Shown here: positions 26,642-36,077 of the stretch, one piece after another
How the letters are laid out: each line of letters begins with the position of its first letter
Numbering within the stretch: position 1 is the stretch's first letter
Notes under the pieces: model-generated
What the model was told of the DNA's origin: nothing
Databases searched by the model: none
What the model saw: only the letters and a program-made list of their open reading frames with translations
Made by a program: the position numbers and the translations under genes
NCBI GenBank assembly: GCA_039831615.1
Contig: JBDOMX010000458.1
Location: 1-37,926, forward strand
Origin: Planctomycetaceae bacterium
GTDB taxonomy: Bacteria; Planctomycetota; Planctomycetia; Planctomycetales; Planctomycetaceae
Reading direction: 5' to 3'
Length of the DNA: 37,926 nucleotides

Positions 26642-28282
26642 ATGCCGACACTTAAAAGTCTGATCACAGCGACGTTTGCCACACTGGTTCTGGCAGGGTT
26701 CTCAAATGCTCCATTTGCTCAGGAGTCACGGACCTCGCCGGTCTACCGGCTGCAGCCGGGTGAGAACGAGCTGAATATCTACGAGAGGTTTACCACGGTT
26801 CTGGAGCACACTGCTCGTATCAAGAGTGTGCTTGACTTCGATGCGGAAACGATCGAAGTCAAAGTCGTGCAGGGAAACCCGCAGCAAGTCCGAATCTTTG
26901 CGTTAGAGACGGGCGTCACGACGGTTACCATCCGTGACGAATTCGACCAGTACTTTCAGGTCGAGGTCCAGGTGGAAGGTGACGTGCGTCACCTGCAGTC
27001 TTATATTCGACGCGACTTCCCGGACGATGATGTCCGTGCAACCGAGATCAAGGGCGCTGTGAAGCTGACCGGCTGGGTTACTCAACCCAGTCATATCACT
27101 GAAATTGTGCAAATCGCCGAACAGTTCTTTCCGACGGTTATCAACCACATGAAAGTTGGTGGTGCCCAGCAGGTGCAGCTCAAGTGTGACATCCTGGAAG
27201 TACAACGTTCCAAGGTGCGGAATTTTGGAATGAACTTCGCGTTCCTGGGTGACAGCGGCTATCTGATCTCCACACCCGGTCCCATCACGCCGATCCAAAA
27301 CCTCGCCGTCACCGGCGCCGGCCCAGTGGCGACTCTGACCGGTTTCGCCGATTCCTCACTGACATTTGGGTTCATCAACAACAACAAGATCTTCCAGGGT
27401 TTCGTTCAGGCACTGAAAGTCGAGGGTTTGCTGAAGATCCATGCCACCCCGATGATTACGACGCTTAACGGTCAGCCAGCCACGTTGCTGAACGGTGGCG
27501 AAACTCCGATAATCGTGCCAGCTGGTTTGGGGACCACTGCCATCGAATTCAAAGAATTCGGAGTTTTGCTGGAATCGGTTCCTCATGTTCTGGGGAACGG
27601 TCGTCTGCGAATGCAGGTTCAGACTGAAGTCAGTGAACGTGATTTCTCGAACGCTGTCACAGTTGGTGGTGTCACCGTCCCCGCGTTCACAGTGCGTCGA
27701 GCCAGCACAGAAGTCGAAATGAATTTCGGTGAAACAATGGTACTGGCAGGACTGATCACTCGGCGAGAAGATGCCACGACAGCCAAGATCCCATGGCTTG
27801 GTGAGATGCCATGGATCGGTGCTGCATTCAGTCGTAAGCGTTACACCGAGGCTGAAACGGAGCTGATTATTCTGATTACCCCGGAACACACTGCTGCCAT
27901 GTCACCAGAACAGATTCCGTATGGTGGTCCTGGAAAATTTACCGACAATGTCACCGAAAAAGAACTGTATTTTCATAACCTGCTTGAGGTGCCAAAATAC
28001 GGCGATGAATGCCAGCATTGCACAACTTGTCTGGAACAGGGTTCCTGCCAGCAGCATCCTGACGGCTGCCGCAGTTGTCAGGACGGTACCGAGTGTGTGA
28101 AGATCAAGCCCGGTCCCGCTGCCGAAAATCGCATCACTCCGACTAACCGTACCGAAACCGGGACAGCGATTTATGGAGAACAGCGGGCGGTACCAGCAGC
28201 CTATTCACCCGCCGAGCAGGATGGCAAGGCGAAATCAAACCGACGATCGAGCAGACTGATTGCACCGCAACCGAAACGATAA
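26642..28282 (+). CDS. cpaC: CpaC/RcpA-type secretin with Cys-rich C-terminal tail
   Basis: The signal peptide is MPTLKSLITATFATLVLAGFSNAPFAQE. There is a pilus-N-type domain, then the secretin core ending in IPWLGEMPWIGAAFSRKRY...ELIILITPE, then a 125-aa tail. AGGAG lies 8 nt before the ATG at 26642. In-frame upstream starts at 26438 and 26579 lack a signal peptide. Confidence 0.85.
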   Translation: MPTLKSLITATFATLVLAGFSNAPFAQESRTSPVYRLQPGENELNIYERFTTVLEHTARIKSVLDFDAETIEVKVVQGNPQQVRIFALETGVTTVTIRDEFDQYFQVEVQVEGDVRHLQSYIRRDFPDDDVRATEIKGAVKLTGWVTQPSHITEIVQIAEQFFPTVINHMKVGGAQQVQLKCDILEVQRSKVRNFGMNFAFLGDSGYLISTPGPITPIQNLAVTGAGPVATLTGFADSSLTFGFINNNKIFQGFVQALKVEGLLKIHATPMITTLNGQPATLLNGGETPIIVPAGLGTTAIEFKEFGVLLESVPHVLGNGRLRMQVQTEVSERDFSNAVTVGGVTVPAFTVRRASTEVEMNFGETMVLAGLITRREDATTAKIPWLGEMPWIGAAFSRKRYTEAETELIILITPEHTAAMSPEQIPYGGPGKFTDNVTEKELYFHNLLEVPKYGDECQHCTTCLEQGSCQQHPDGCRSCQDGTECVKIKPGPAAENRITPTNRTETGTAIYGEQRAVPAAYSPAEQDGKAKSNRRSSRLIAPQPKR

Positions 28283-28421
28283 CGACAGGGGACACTGTGC
28301 CGTGTCGCCCATCAGGAAAACCATTCTGTTCTTTGATGGAAACTCCTGCTGATTCCGGATGATGAAAACGGAGCTGTTCAGAAATGTTCTCTGAAGAAAC
28401 CTCTGCCGAACGGATTGATCC

Positions 28422-29624
28422 ATGAAGAGTGTTCTTCGAGTCGCGACCGTTGATCCCAGCGAGGATTCGCGCAATGAGCTGAAAACCCTGCTGCTTGGCA
28501 TTGATACCGTGTGGTTGGAGGCAGAATGCTCTCGCTATGAGTTCTTCATGGATGTCGTGCAGCAGACGCAGCCCGACATTGCACTTGTGAACGTGGATTC
28601 GGATCCTGACGCGGCCATCAAGATGATTGGTGATATCACGGCCGATGCCACTCAGTGTGCTGTTCTGGTCGTTAGCAGTTCGCAGGAAGGCAGCTTGATC
28701 CTTCAGGTGATGCGGAGTGGTGCCCACGAATTTCTGAATCAGCCTTTGCAGCTGGACGACTTCATTGCCGCACTGGATCGTATCCGTGGAGCCAGGGGCG
28801 CGGCCGCTGGTGAAGCGGGGATCGAAGCGGGAAAGATCATCACGGTGGCGGGGGTTGGTGGAGGTGTCGGGAGCACCGCCATCGCCGTGAATGCTGCCGC
28901 CGCGTTCGCTCAGACCCCCACCAACTCACCGGTTGTGATTGACCTTGACCTGACGCTTGGCGACGTGGATGTTTGGCTGGATATTATTCCCGACTACACA
29001 TTGCGTGACGTATCAGAGAACATTGGGCGGCTCGACTACGCCCTGTTAAAACGATCGCTGACCCGGCACGAATGTGGTGTTTTTCTGTTGCCACGACCGG
29101 TCGAGCTGGAAGGGCAGGATTTGATTCGATCGGATGACCTGCGAAGGATACTGGCGCTCCTGAAGGCCACGTTTTCTCATCTGATCATCGATGTCAGTAA
29201 GTCCTTTGGGCCGCTGGACCTGTCGGCGATGGAAGTCAGTGACGAGATTCTGCTGGTCACTCAGCTGGATCTGTCGTGCCTTCGCAATGTTGTCCGGATC
29301 ATGCAACACCTGAATCAAAACAATGGTCTCGACAGTAAGGTCGAGATTATCGTCAATCGAATGGGTCTGGAAGACAGCGATATTAGTATCAATAAGGCCC
29401 TGGAAACGATTGGTCGTGAAGTCTTCTGGCAGCTGCCCAATGACTATGCCACCATGATCGGAGCTCGCAACAATGGGAAACCATTGTGCCAGCACTCTCC
29501 CAAGGCACGCCTGACGCGCAGCATCCGTGATTTGGTGACGCGCCTTTCTTCGGATGAAGAGACGAGGATGGAAGCAGCAGTGGCGGAGAAAAAGAAGGGG
29601 CTGTTCGGTCTGTTTTCCAAATGA
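28422..29624 (+). CDS. cpaE: CpaE/TadZ-like protein: atypical receiver domain plus MinD/ParA-fold domain with degenerate Walker A
   Basis: The N-terminal REC-like fold (RVATVDPSED...DIALVNVDSD...GAHEFLNQP) has Gln where the conserved Lys normally sits. The ParA-like domain carries AGVGGGVGSTAIA at 28848-28877 in place of KGGxGK[ST]. Confidence 0.85.
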   Translation: MKSVLRVATVDPSEDSRNELKTLLLGIDTVWLEAECSRYEFFMDVVQQTQPDIALVNVDSDPDAAIKMIGDITADATQCAVLVVSSSQEGSLILQVMRSGAHEFLNQPLQLDDFIAALDRIRGARGAAAGEAGIEAGKIITVAGVGGGVGSTAIAVNAAAAFAQTPTNSPVVIDLDLTLGDVDVWLDIIPDYTLRDVSENIGRLDYALLKRSLTRHECGVFLLPRPVELEGQDLIRSDDLRRILALLKATFSHLIIDVSKSFGPLDLSAMEVSDEILLVTQLDLSCLRNVVRIMQHLNQNNGLDSKVEIIVNRMGLEDSDISINKALETIGREVFWQLPNDYATMIGARNNGKPLCQHSPKARLTRSIRDLVTRLSSDEETRMEAAVAEKKKGLFGLFSK

Positions 29625-29639
29625 GCGTACCCACCTGCG

Positions 29640-30935
29640 CTACCGTGCAGCACTGGTTCCATGGCCGACTGCCACATGGTCCGTGATGCCCAATAGTTCC
29701 GGATCAGCGACATTCTCACCCGGGAGCTCAGGGATCGGCTGGTGGCTGAACCATTCGTCCATGGGGACCCGCCATGTGGGGAGTTTGCGAGTTCGATAAA
29801 GCGCCCCCATATAGATGTCTGATCGTGCGGTGAGCTCATCGTTGTTGGTCTCGAGGTCATAGTGGATTCCATAATGAAATCTTGATCCACTCCGACGCTT
29901 CGGGAAAAATGATAACCAGGCGTCCGTGAATTGTTCCTGGCAAAGATAGATGGTGCCTCGCAGTGTTTCGCCCTCACCGTCGCGGCAACAGCTCCGCATT
30001 CGCTCAACCGGGAACAGGGCCTGCCAGCGCAGCATCGGTTCGACCTCCGTCAACGTCACACGGTCTTCTGCGGGGCCGTCTGCTTCCAGGAAGCGGTCGC
30101 ATTTGGCTGTCAGAAACATGCTGTCCATCAATTCGGGGCTGTACAGGAAATCCGGAGTAAACGGCGGGCGCTCCACTTCCAGCTTTACGAACAGATCGGT
30201 GTCCGATAGATCTGTACCCAAATCAATTGTCCCGCCATCGGCGTCGCAAAGCGACAAATGGAATGTGGCCGTTCGGTAGTTACCGTCGTTAAACAGTCTG
30301 GGGCTGCGCTCGTCATTGCCACGGTAAAATGACGCGGCCACGCGTCGGTCGGCGTCCGGGCGACGCGGGACCGGAGGATAGCCAAAATCGTAGAATGTCG
30401 CGTAGTGAATTTCATCCTCGAGCTGCGCTTGGCGCAGCTGATCCTGCAGTGACCAGACTTCGAAGCCAAGATATCCGGACAGAATCGTCAACGGAACAGC
30501 GGGACTGATTCTTCGCGCCAGCAGTCGACCCAGTACGCTATGAGCCGGCTGAACTGTAACAGGACGATACCAGCGGTAGACACGCAGGCCAATGAGTGTT
30601 ACCAGCAGCGCACTTCCGATGACGATCCCGCCAAAGTCCGCCAGAAACAGCTGGAGCTGATGTCGCAGAGGAAGGTCCTGCAACTGGGGAAGTGCGTTTT
30701 CGTAGATTTCCGGGCCTGCTTTGAATTCTGTCGCGCATTCGCTGCAACAGAACCGAACCTCCTTCCCCTTGTACAGGATTGCATAATCGGCCGATGCCGG
30801 TCGGTCCTGCAGGACAGGACACATTGCATTGATCGCTGACGAATCCTCGGCCTGTGAGATGCCACTTGCCAGGACGGCCACAAGGGCCACAGAAACGCAG
30901 AGTCGATCCGGAATGGGTGGCAGGTTGAATGACAT
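29640..30935 (-). CDS. hypothetical membrane protein with an N-terminal periplasmic YHS/TRASH-like Cys motif and a roughly 300-aa domain of unknown function
   Basis: The signal-like N-terminus is MSFNLPPIPDRLCVSVALVAVLASGISQAED. The YHS-like motif is CPVLQDRPASADYAILYKGKEVRFCCSECATEFKAGPEIY. The TM helix is FGGIVIGSALLVTLIGL. The ATG at 30935 lies 4 nt after the upstream stop; an alternative ATG at 30953 would overlap the upstream gene. Confidence 0.7.
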   Translation of the reverse strand: MSFNLPPIPDRLCVSVALVAVLASGISQAEDSSAINAMCPVLQDRPASADYAILYKGKEVRFCCSECATEFKAGPEIYENALPQLQDLPLRHQLQLFLADFGGIVIGSALLVTLIGLRVYRWYRPVTVQPAHSVLGRLLARRISPAVPLTILSGYLGFEVWSLQDQLRQAQLEDEIHYATFYDFGYPPVPRRPDADRRVAASFYRGNDERSPRLFNDGNYRTATFHLSLCDADGGTIDLGTDLSDTDLFVKLEVERPPFTPDFLYSPELMDSMFLTAKCDRFLEADGPAEDRVTLTEVEPMLRWQALFPVERMRSCCRDGEGETLRGTIYLCQEQFTDAWLSFFPKRRSGSRFHYGIHYDLETNNDELTARSDIYMGALYRTRKLPTWRVPMDEWFSHQPIPELPGENVADPELLGITDHVAVGHGTSAAR

Positions 30936-30939
30936 GGCA

Positions 30940-33321
30940 CTATTCAGGTTCATGGTGAGAATGCTGCGAATCCGGTTTTGGCAACTGGAATGGCAGTTGG
31001 GCCAGGCGAACGGATTCGGTGAGCAGTTGTGGGTATTCAACAATGGGATGGTCGTCGGTGATGACGAACGCAGTGCCGTACCCCGGTAAACGCGGCGTAT
31101 CGAGTGCGTCGAAGATTCGCTCTGGAGTGCTCGTCGGTGGATAGGCGGCGATTTCCTGCCAAAGTGGATCGTCGCTGTTAAGCCGGCTGCTCAGGACGTC
31201 TGCTTCCAGACTGATCGGCTGGTTGGAAAGAATCAGCAGGTAGCCGTTGAAGAATGATTCGCGGTATGGAAAAACCTGATCGGCGGTCTGCCGAATACTG
31301 AACGCCTGCGCGGGGGAGCCGTTGGAATACAAACAGAAAACTCCGCCAGTCTTGAGTCGCCGACTGACCAGTCCGAAGAACTCGACCGAGTTGAGCAGTG
31401 CACTTCCAGCTTGCTTCAAATAGAGTGGCTGAGTCTGGATGATGTCGTACTTCCTGGGATTCAATTCCAGGCCAGACCGGGCGTCCTGCCAGATCAGGTT
31501 GATTTTGGGGTTGTGTGCCAAATCCAGCGTACCGTCCGGATAAGCCGCAAAAACGTCTTCCAGAACTCGACTGATGTCGTATGCGTCCACGGTTTTCACG
31601 TCATTCAACCGTGCCAGTGTCGATGCCGTGATGCCAGTGCCGACGCCAATAACGCACACGTCGTCTGCCGGATGATCGGCGTGACAAATCGCCGGCATGA
31701 CGCCAAGGTGCCAGTTATGCGTCCCGATGTGGTCCGTTCCGTCGCTGAGTTTCGAATGCCACAGTCCATCCCAAATCAGGTCACCGTTGTCATGCACGAC
31801 AACAACACCATCGCGACCGCAAAAGAGACGATAGCCGGGTACGATGCGGGTTGTATCGGCCAGGAGACAGCCCGCGGTAATGAGTCCGGCGGCGACTAAC
31901 GGCATCGGTGCCGGCCACGCGGTTTTCAATCGATCAGATCTGTTCGATTCCGGGTGTGTTGTTTTCGGGACGCGGTCGAGCCGTCTCGCGCAGCGGGTCA
32001 GCGCAATGAGAACCAGCGCCAGTGCGACAACTGCCACGAAGAACGGAATCTGGTAACCGACAAACGTCATCAACAGGATCCCAAAACAGGAGCCTGTTGT
32101 GTTCCAGACACAGATTCGGCCGACGTCTCTGCCCCATGAATGAGCCACCTTCTCCGTCACTTGAGTGAACAGATATCCGAACAGAATACAGGGCAGAAAG
32201 AATGGACACTTTCGCAGAACGAACATCACCAGGCTGGCCGTACCGTGGATCGGTGTGTAGCCGTCAATTCCGGCCAATGCGATACTCAGCAAACAACCGG
32301 CCGCACACAGCTTCAGTCCGGTTTCCAGCCTGATGTGTCGCTTTGAAGAGCTTAGTGCTGCTCCCAAACTCCAAAACGCAAGAAATCCCGTGAGGACCGC
32401 AGCAAATGTAAAGGGCAGCGGCAAATGCTTGAGGGGCATCAACCGAAACAGATGCATTTCATAGCCGAGCGAACAGAAGCCAAGTCCCATAGCCAACAGA
32501 TCGGCGGTTGTCGGAGTCCAGTTCCGTCGAGCTGGCGACTGCATCTTTAATGCAACTGGGTGGTCGATCGCGACTGCTTTCTGTTTCGTGAACGCGAATA
32601 ACACCAACAATAATGTGCCAGCCAGCAGATTCAGTGTTGCCGCCATCAACATGGACGTGGACAGGCCCAGGTGAGGAATCATTGAGCCACTGGAAACAAC
32701 CGCGCCGACAACGCTGCCGGCGGTATTGATAAAGAAGAGCCAGGCAAGGAGTCGCGGCCGTCGAAGCCCCAGATTACTTTGACAAACCTGTGCCGCCAGG
32801 GGCATGGTGGCACCCATCAACAGGCAGGGAAGAGCCAGAACCAGCGTCGCCCCAATGGCATACATCATCAGCAGCGGGATTCCTGCTCCCATCGCCAGTC
32901 GCTGCATGGCGAAGACAGAATCAGTGACATCTGCTGTCAGGATCGTCCAGACACAAAGGTTTGTGCATCCCAACAAGACTTCGAGAACTGCGAATGTCCT
33001 GAGTGGATTGCAAAATTGACCTGCTCGACGTCCGCTCCACCATGAACCGGCACCCAATCCCCCCATGAAGACCAGCACAACGACCGTCGAGCAATTGGTT
33101 TCGCTGCCTCCGAGAAAGACTTTGAGCGAACGCTGCCAAACGACCTGATTGATGAGGCCGGCGGCACCCGACCCCAACAATGCGCTTCCCAGCAGGGCAG
33201 CGGCTGCGATTGCCAGACGCAACGGGAGTTGTCCGCCGTCGACCGGACCCGTGCGCGGTGCGTCAACGGGATGAGAATCCCGCGCGACAGAAGGGGGAGA
33301 TTCGACGAGTGTGGAACTCAT
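30940..33321 (-). CDS. fused polytopic membrane domain plus spermidine-synthase-like (aminopropyl/methyltransferase fold) protein
   Basis: About 12 hydrophobic helices beginning LINQVVWQRSLKVFLGGSE. The C-terminal Rossmann domain has VCVIGVGTGITAS, DAYDIS, WQDAR and KYDIIQTQP. The start is uncertain: ATG 33321 is preferred, alternatives are 33339, 33372 and 33582. Confidence 0.8.
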   Translation of the reverse strand: MSSTLVESPPSVARDSHPVDAPRTGPVDGGQLPLRLAIAAAALLGSALLGSGAAGLINQVVWQRSLKVFLGGSETNCSTVVVLVFMGGLGAGSWWSGRRAGQFCNPLRTFAVLEVLLGCTNLCVWTILTADVTDSVFAMQRLAMGAGIPLLMMYAIGATLVLALPCLLMGATMPLAAQVCQSNLGLRRPRLLAWLFFINTAGSVVGAVVSSGSMIPHLGLSTSMLMAATLNLLAGTLLLVLFAFTKQKAVAIDHPVALKMQSPARRNWTPTTADLLAMGLGFCSLGYEMHLFRLMPLKHLPLPFTFAAVLTGFLAFWSLGAALSSSKRHIRLETGLKLCAAGCLLSIALAGIDGYTPIHGTASLVMFVLRKCPFFLPCILFGYLFTQVTEKVAHSWGRDVGRICVWNTTGSCFGILLMTFVGYQIPFFVAVVALALVLIALTRCARRLDRVPKTTHPESNRSDRLKTAWPAPMPLVAAGLITAGCLLADTTRIVPGYRLFCGRDGVVVVHDNGDLIWDGLWHSKLSDGTDHIGTHNWHLGVMPAICHADHPADDVCVIGVGTGITASTLARLNDVKTVDAYDISRVLEDVFAAYPDGTLDLAHNPKINLIWQDARSGLELNPRKYDIIQTQPLYLKQAGSALLNSVEFFGLVSRRLKTGGVFCLYSNGSPAQAFSIRQTADQVFPYRESFFNGYLLILSNQPISLEADVLSSRLNSDDPLWQEIAAYPPTSTPERIFDALDTPRLPGYGTAFVITDDHPIVEYPQLLTESVRLAQLPFQLPKPDSQHSHHEPE

Positions 33322-33574
33322 TTCGCAGACCTGAATCATTCCATGGAACAGCATCAATGCGACGCTTCGCATAGATTCGTAGCTCGGAATTCCCGGTGCG
33401 TTTCCGAAATTCGACGCGCCGGACCAACGATTGCGATCAGAAATGCCAGACGTGAAAGAACAATCGACGTCATCGACATAATCAGCGCTGCGAAAATGTA
33501 CCGGCATTCCTTTGCCATGCGCTACGCAGCGCAAATCGAACTGTGTATCTTTCAGCAGCCGGTCACAGGCCGGA

Positions 33575-34312
33575 ATGGCCACTCAAGCCGAGGAATCGTT
33601 GCCAATGCCTATTGTCCTGCGTATGCATCACGTCGAACGATCGTTCGACACGTCGAGTGGCTCGATCGGCATCCTGTCGGATGTGGATTTGGAGCTGCGG
33701 TCTGGAGCAGCAATTGCCATTCGGGGCCCATCAGGATGCGGCAAAAGTACGTTGCTGCTGATGGCCGGAACACTGGATACTCCATCCAGTGGTGTCGTCG
33801 AGATTCTGGGTGAGAACCCATGGACCCTGTCGGCACAAAAACTGGCACGATTTCGTAACCAGCATGTTGGATTCATTTTTCAGGAACATCGCCTGCTGCC
33901 TCAGCTGAATGTGCTGGAAAACGTCCTTGTGCCGCTGCTGGCCGGATTCGAAGCCGACAAACCGGCGGCTGAAACACGAGCGAAAGAACTGCTGAACCGA
34001 GTTGGACTGAAAAGTCGTCTGAACCATCGCCCGGCCGCACTTTCCGGCGGCGAACGACAGCGAGTGGCCGTTTGTCGAGCGCTCGTTCTGGAGCCATCGC
34101 TGTTGCTGGCCGACGAACCAACCGGCAATCTGGACCCGCACACTGCCGGCGTGATTGGCAAGCTGTTGCTGGATGTGGCAGCGGAGAGTGAGGCCGGATT
34201 GCTGTGCGTGACTCACAGCACTGCTCTTGCCGAGTCATTTCCTCGCCAGATGACACTGGTCGACGGGCGCCTGGTCGAGGACTTTCCTGCACCAGCGTCG
34301 CGTCGGTCCTGA
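33575..34312 (+). CDS. ABC transporter ATP-binding protein (LolD/MacB/FtsE-like)
   Basis: Walker A is GPSGCGKST, the Q-loop is present, the signature is LSGGERQRVAVCRAL and Walker B is LLLADEPTGNLD. The start is ATG 33575 or 33605. Confidence 0.9.
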   Translation: MATQAEESLPMPIVLRMHHVERSFDTSSGSIGILSDVDLELRSGAAIAIRGPSGCGKSTLLLMAGTLDTPSSGVVEILGENPWTLSAQKLARFRNQHVGFIFQEHRLLPQLNVLENVLVPLLAGFEADKPAAETRAKELLNRVGLKSRLNHRPAALSGGERQRVAVCRALVLEPSLLLADEPTGNLDPHTAGVIGKLLLDVAAESEAGLLCVTHSTALAESFPRQMTLVDGRLVEDFPAPASRRS

Positions 34313-34473
34313 AGTCCATCCGGCGTTGCCGGTTCTGCGTTCCTGCAAAGTGAGACACGCGAACCTGACTGCACCGGCGAGGCGTCCGGAAGGTCAGTTT
34401 GTCGCGGCGGCAGTCTCGGTCCCACGATCCGGCCGAGATTTCACGGTGCGAGTGACGGCTTCATCGGTCAGGT

Positions 34474-35973
34474 TTACGGCAGATCGCTGGATCCCATGAG
34501 CCAGCGATCCGTTTCGCGGGCGGCCCCTCGGCCTTCGTTGATGGCCCATACAACCAGACTCTGGCCACGGCGACAATCCCCGGCAGCGAAGACACCCTCC
34601 ACATTTGTGGTGTATTGGTCATGTTCGGCGGTGAACCAGGTCATACCGCCCCGACCTTCACGAATATCGATGCCCAGTTGCTCGCCAGGTCCGCTCTCCG
34701 GACCAAGGAAGCCCATCGCCAGCAGGACCAGATCGGCAGGGTATTCCGTTTCCGAACCGGGAATCGGAGAAAATGGGGGGCCACCTTCGGTGACCTGCTG
34801 CCAGTCTACCTGGCAGGCTTTGAGTGCCCGCACGTGACCATTGTCGTCGCCGATGAATTCCAGCGTCTGAGCACAAAACTCGCGGGGGTCCTGACCAAAC
34901 TTCGCTGCAGCTTCTTCGTGGCCGTAATCGACACGGAAGATCCGCGGCCACTGAGGCCACGGATTATCATCCCGCCGTTCGGTTGACGGTCGTTCGACGA
35001 TTTCAAAATTGACAATACTTTTGCAGCCGTGTCGGACGGACGTGCCGAGGCAGTCGGTTCCGGTATCCCCACCTCCGATCACGACGACGTTCTTGTCGCG
35101 TGCGCTGATGTACTTCCCGTCGTTCAGATTCGAGTCCAGCAGGCTTTGGGTATTCGGGCGCAGAAAGTCCATGGCGTAGTGAATGCCGTTGAGTTCCCGT
35201 CCGGGGACCGGCAAGTCCCTGGGACGTGTCGCTCCAGTACACAGCACGACTGCGTCGAAATCCAGCTTCAGCCGATCAGCCGCGATATCCCTGCCGATCT
35301 CGGTATTAGCAACGAAGCTGATGCCTTCCTGCTCCAGCAGCTTGACTCGACGTTCGACGACCTGTTTCTTGTCGAGTTTCATGTTCGGGATGCCGTACAT
35401 CATCAGGCCCCCGATGCGGTCGTCACGTTCATAGACGGTGACCAGATGCCCGGCTTGGTTAAGTTGTGCTGCGCAGGCCAGTCCTGCCGGACCGGAACCG
35501 ATGACGGCGACGGTCTTTCCCGTGCGAACTTTCGGTGGCTCCGGGACAATCCAGTTTTCCTCAAATCCTCGATCGACGATCGCGCATTCGATTGACTTGA
35601 TCGTCACCGGCGGTTCAATCACTGCCAGGCAGCATGAACCTTCGCAGGGTGCCGGACAAACCCGCCCCGTGAATTCCGGAAAGTTGTTGGTCAGGTGCAG
35701 CCGGTCCAGTGCTTCCCGCCAGCGCCCTCGGTAGACCAAATCATTCCATTCGGGGATGAGGTTATTGACGGGGCAACCTGACGCCATGTTGGCCATCAGT
35801 TCCCCGGTGTGGCAAAAGGGGACACCGCAGTCCATACAGCGTGCGCCCTGTCCCTGCAGTTCATCCACTGACAGATGATTGTGGAATTCGTTCCAGTCCA
35901 GAATTCGCAGCAATGGATCGCGGTCTGTGGGGACCTGTCTGTCAATCTCTTTGAAGCCGGTTGGCTTGCCCAT
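34474..35973 (-). CDS. gltD: glutamate synthase (NADPH) small subunit
   Basis: The N-terminus is [12 protein letters not shown]. Fe-S Cys clusters are [10 protein letters not shown] and CPAPCEGSC. Dinucleotide motifs are [14 protein letters not shown] and [13 protein letters not shown]. Confidence 0.95.
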   Translation of the reverse strand: MGKPTGFKEIDRQVPTDRDPLLRILDWNEFHNHLSVDELQGQGARCMDCGVPFCHTGELMANMASGCPVNNLIPEWNDLVYRGRWREALDRLHLTNNFPEFTGRVCPAPCEGSCCLAVIEPPVTIKSIECAIVDRGFEENWIVPEPPKVRTGKTVAVIGSGPAGLACAAQLNQAGHLVTVYERDDRIGGLMMYGIPNMKLDKKQVVERRVKLLEQEGISFVANTEIGRDIAADRLKLDFDAVVLCTGATRPRDLPVPGRELNGIHYAMDFLRPNTQSLLDSNLNDGKYISARDKNVVVIGGGDTGTDCLGTSVRHGCKSIVNFEIVERPSTERRDDNPWPQWPRIFRVDYGHEEAAAKFGQDPREFCAQTLEFIGDDNGHVRALKACQVDWQQVTEGGPPFSPIPGSETEYPADLVLLAMGFLGPESGPGEQLGIDIREGRGGMTWFTAEHDQYTTNVEGVFAAGDCRRGQSLVVWAINEGRGAARETDRWLMGSSDLP

Positions 35974-36077
35974 CTTCTGTTCTTTCGTCTGTTCGTCGTG
36001 TCGCCAGGCTGGTGTCGGGTGTTCCGAGAAAAATGTGAACCCTGGGAAGCGGGACGGCAATTCGTCCTGTGTCTCAC

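Noticed and set aside
30035-30055. GGTTCGACCTCC, a tRNA T-arm-like string.
   Set aside because: It lies inside a well-supported CDS, and no acceptor or anticodon arms can be drawn around it.
33357-33372. The palindrome ATGCGA-cgct-TCGCAT in the divergent spacer between the spermidine-synthase-like gene and the ABC ATPase, considered as an operator.
   Set aside because: The arms are only 6 bp. It overlaps an alternative start codon of the minus-strand gene. A single copy gives no statistical support.
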